Source: Podarcis filfolensis
Lineage: Eukaryota
Strand: one strand, 5' to 3'
Assembly: GCA_964270895.1 (NCBI GenBank)
Contig: OZ185440.1
DNA: 64,000 nt
The notes beneath the pieces were generated by a model. That model saw only the letters and a list, made by a program, of their open reading frames with translations. It searched no databases and had not been told where the DNA came from. The translations under genes were made by a program, and so were the position numbers. Positions 60,404 through 64,000 of this stretch are shown in pieces; position 1 is the stretch's first letter, and every line of letters starts with the position of its first letter.

Positions 60404-62236
60404 TGTAAGTTTTTAACCTGTATTTTATTGTTGTATTTTATTGTTGTGATACAGTAATCTTATTTTATTCATTGCATTGTAAACCACCCTGGGATCTATC
60501 TTATTTGGGGATGGATCGATTAAAGATGGTTAAACAAATAAATGAGAAGGGGCATTGAGGTATGCAAGGTCATTCCTCAACTCAATTTCCATTCTCAGAT
60601 CAAAATCTTATGACGCCTGAATTGGCTGCCATGCAATACCGGTCCAAGTTAAGATATAAGCCATTGGGAAGGAAGTCTTGGTCTAGACAAGCTCTCCAAC
60701 CCTGATCTGATTTGCTTCGGATCCTGGCAACCTACACTTCAGTTAATAAACAAAGCTATCCTGATTGCTATCCATAGATATCCAATTGTCAAGGGTGCGG
60801 CATATTGTATTGTTGCCTGTTGCAAACTTTCAAATGTGCTATGGTTTTGCTTTTTAGTTTGGCTTCTTGTTGTATTGTCCATTTATATTGTGCTTTGTTT
60901 ATTTATAAAATGTTGGACATTGTCAGTATTTTGTTGTAATTATCATTTCCATCCTGCCCTGGGATTCAGAATGAAGTATAACGTAAAGTGTTGTCATAAA
61001 TAAGCAAACAAATATCCTATTTTGCACCAATCAAAGTTCAGAAAGCACAGGAATGTAAAAAGCTGCCTCCTACCAAGTCAAATCATTGGTCAATTTAGTT
61101 CATCACTGCATCCAGTGATCTCTCCAGGGGATCAAATGGAATTCTGTCCTCTTGTCTCAAATCAGAGCTGAGATCCACAACCATGAATCTCTGCCAACTG
61201 TTGATATCTGTCAATCGTTGATATGTTTGGGATTCTTATATACAGCTGTGAATATGTGACTTTCACTCTTGGAAATGAAAACCACTTATATTTACCACAT
61301 CTGTATTTTTTTAAATTTTTAAATGAACAACCCCCCTTTTTTACCATTTGTGGAAGCCTTTGAGCTTGCTGAAGGAATCATCTCCCTCTGTTTGAAACAG
61401 AATATTCTACACTTCTCAGACCATTACACAATTAACATCTTGTAAGCCTTCTTGAAAGAAAAAAAATGTAAGTAAATCAACTTACACCCAAGAATTACTT
61501 CATTGAAAGAACTCCCCATTCAATTTCCGAAAGCTATTTTGATTCCATCAGGCATCAGAAATCATGCCCATGGTCCTTTGTAATTTTAGCATGTACCATA
61601 TAAGAGAACTCATCATCAGTGAATGAACCAATCTTTCAGTAATCTTTGTCACAGCAGGTAAAACAGAAATCGGCCTGTAATTTGTAATCGCCATGTCTTT
61701 GCTTGAGATTAATCCTCGGTCGCCCACGGAGAAAAAGAGATATCTTTTGACCCAGGAAAGGGCGATTCATCATTCAGCAGGGCAGTGGGGCTTTTGCTTC
61801 CCAATGCACGCTTTGTCTGACCATCCTCCCCTTTTTAGCGATGGATCAGTTTTTGTCTTTCTGCTACCTTTTTTCCCATCAAAAAGTGCAAGCCTGCATA
61901 CCCTAGGCCTTTTTTGCACGCATAATTTCCTTCCATTTGCCTGTGTTGCTTGACCTAAAAGGAAACAAAGAGAGAGGGAGAACTTTAAATGGAGAAAATG
62001 CTTGAGAGTTTCCCTATGATTCGTTTTTCAAACATCATATGCAGGAGAGGGAAAGCAGAGGCCTGGAGATACTTCAGACTGGCCTCAATTACATATAAAT
62101 TGGACTTCTAATTATTATGCATCTATGCAAGGCAACCGTATTTGGTAACATGATTACTTTGTGCAAGCTAATAAATGAAGATTTGCAAAGCATGAAATGC
62201 AAAGCATTCAGGGCAGGACTAAACGCCGAAAGGAAC

Positions 62237-62716
62237 TGTTATGTACTGAGCTTGGATCCTAGAACAATAGGCAGGTAGGATCCTAGAAGCAGTGGCGTAG
62301 CGTGGGTTGTCAGCACCCGGGGCAAGGCAAGTAATTTGCGCCCCCTAACCTATGGATTTGCGCCCCCTAACCCGTGGATTTGCGCCCCCTAACCCTAACC
62401 CCCAGATGTTGCGCCCGGTGCGGCCGGCACCCCCTGCACCCCCCACGCTACGCCACTGCCTAGAAGGCAGCAACCTGATTGGTCTGCAGGAGCCGCCCAA
62501 TCCAGCTCCAGGAAGAAGTAAATCAGCAACCTGATTGGCCTGCAGGAATAGTCCAATCAGGCTCCAGGAGGGGAGTTGAATCAGCCAATCACACGGGACC
62601 CATTGTGTAAATAATGTATATATAGCCAGAGGTTTTGGGGGAAAGCACTCACTCACTGTTTACCATGAGCTGAAATAAAGAGCATGAAATCAACACTCAA
62701 CTCCGAGTATATTTCA
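62237..62716 (+). mobile_element. Solo LTR carrying a hAT MITE
   Basis: tgtt...ttca ends, perfect 5-bp TSD ggaac, five CCAAT boxes, TATA-like 62617-62624, AATAAA 62674. Confidence 0.9.
62290..62458. mobile_element. Young hAT MITE, 169 bp, with 22-bp internal tandem repeats
   Basis: Perfect 17-bp TIR cagtggcgtagcgtggg, perfect 8-bp TSD cctagaag, three atttgcgccccctaacc units. Confidence 0.95.
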
Positions 62717-62859
62717 GGAACATAGGGAGAAAGGAGCCAGAAAGGATTCTCCTCTCTAGTTCATGCCTTGACGCCCATTTGCGAATTGTCCCATGTCATG
62801 GTGCCACTATGTAGCATCTTTTCCCATCATTACCTGCTACTGGTAGGAGAGGCCAAAGG

Positions 62860-63480
62860 GATGGACACATTTCAGTTTCTCATTTTTCCAGACCTGATTT
62901 CAGTTCTCCACATCAGTTTGCCTTAAAAAGAAAAGTCCCATTGAAAATTCACCAACATTTTAACACACATTTCTCCTAATAGACATGCTCCCATGCAATT
63001 TCCCTAATATAGCGGTACCTCAGTTTACAAACTTAATCCGTTCTGGAAGTCCGTTCTTAAATCGAAGCGTTCTTAAGCCAAGGTGTGCTTTCCCATAGCA
63101 GCGGGGGACTCAATTTTCAAATGGAACACACTAAACAGGAAGCGAAACATGCTCTGCTTCCAAGGCAAAGATCACAAACCAAAACATTTACTTTCGGGTT
63201 TGCAGCATTCTTAATCCAAGTTGTTCATAAACTAAGCTGTTCTTAAACCAAGGTACCACTGTATACATGTTTTGCAACACAACTTTCCCTAATATAACAT
63301 GTTCTGCATGTTATTTTTACAAATATATTCATTTTTAATGCAAACTTAATTAGTACATGCATTGTTGTACACCTTACTTGGCTGTAGAACTGCGTTGCAA
63401 ATTTTTTGGAGCATGCAAATTTTGAAGAATGGCTGTGCGTCTGTTCATGTATTATTTTGCAAAGTGTGAAATAGGCAACT
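62860..63480. repeat. Unclassified interspersed repeat split by a MITE
   Basis: Same family as 17700-17960; continuous across the 63010 MITE. Confidence 0.45.
63010..63261. mobile_element. Tc1/mariner-type MITE, 252 bp (different subfamily)
   Basis: tagcggtacctcag / caaggtaccactg TIR, TA TSD. Confidence 0.85.
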
Positions 63481-64000
63481 CCACCTTTAAATGCAAACCG
63501 AATTCAGTTTCTCCCCTGGAACCTATTACAGAGAAAAGATATCCAAACATGGGCTAAGTTGTAAAAGATGCTACAGAGAGGGAGGATGGAATGGGATAAA
63601 GCAGGTGCCATTTTGGGTGGCAGCCCTCTGCCTTATGGAGTCCTATCCACACCGACATATTTCCAGTTACTGCCTGATGTCTGATGGCCATATGTTTACA
63701 TCAAAGTAGAAAACACTATTACATTATTCACATACCTACAGTTCTGTTGCAGAGTCATGAAAGAAAGCTTGAGATATATGATGGCACCCCTTCCCTCCAC
63801 CAAGATCTCATTGGCATTGCTGGGTCTTTGAACACAGATGTGACCTCATTAAATTGCAAAAAAAGGCTGAACATTTATTTTGGTTACTTTTTCTGCATTA
63901 CAAGTGGCAGCAGACTTATCAACACATGCCAAACAGTTGCTTGAACCACATTCAGGCATTTGTTGCCTATGGGTACCAAACATGTGAGAGGGGTCAGTGG

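Overview
Vertebrate nuclear DNA, almost certainly from a squamate reptile and probably a lacertid lizard (inferred from Sauria SINEs, squamate Bov-B, Squam2/Squam3-like SINEs and the MITE families). I recognise no host protein-coding exon, rRNA, true tRNA or CRISPR, so the window reads as gene desert or a very large intron. It is a mosaic of transposon copies separated by repeat-poor, motif-rich blocks that look like conserved non-coding enhancers. The copies include four Bov-B fragments, one young 5'-truncated L1 with an uninterrupted 492-codon ORF2 tail, several decayed L1/L2 ends, SINEs, mariner- and hAT-type MITEs, and four solo LTRs with perfect 5-bp TSDs plus two LTR-like remnants. Nearly all ORFs in the supplied track are spurious or TE-derived. 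The most interesting signals are: (1) acidic-then-basic reading frames inside LTRs, 219 codons in the best copy; (2) solo LTRs landing in or just behind tRNA-like Squam2 SINE heads three times; (3) an 83-nt pri-miRNA-like hairpin in unique sequence; (4) a young hAT MITE with telomere-hexamer subterminal repeats; (5) a Bov-B inserted about 10 bp into a Sauria SINE with nested TSDs; (6) a TGCATG minisatellite. Family names come from my recollection of consensus sequences, not database searches. Boundaries without a stated TSD or TIR are approximate.
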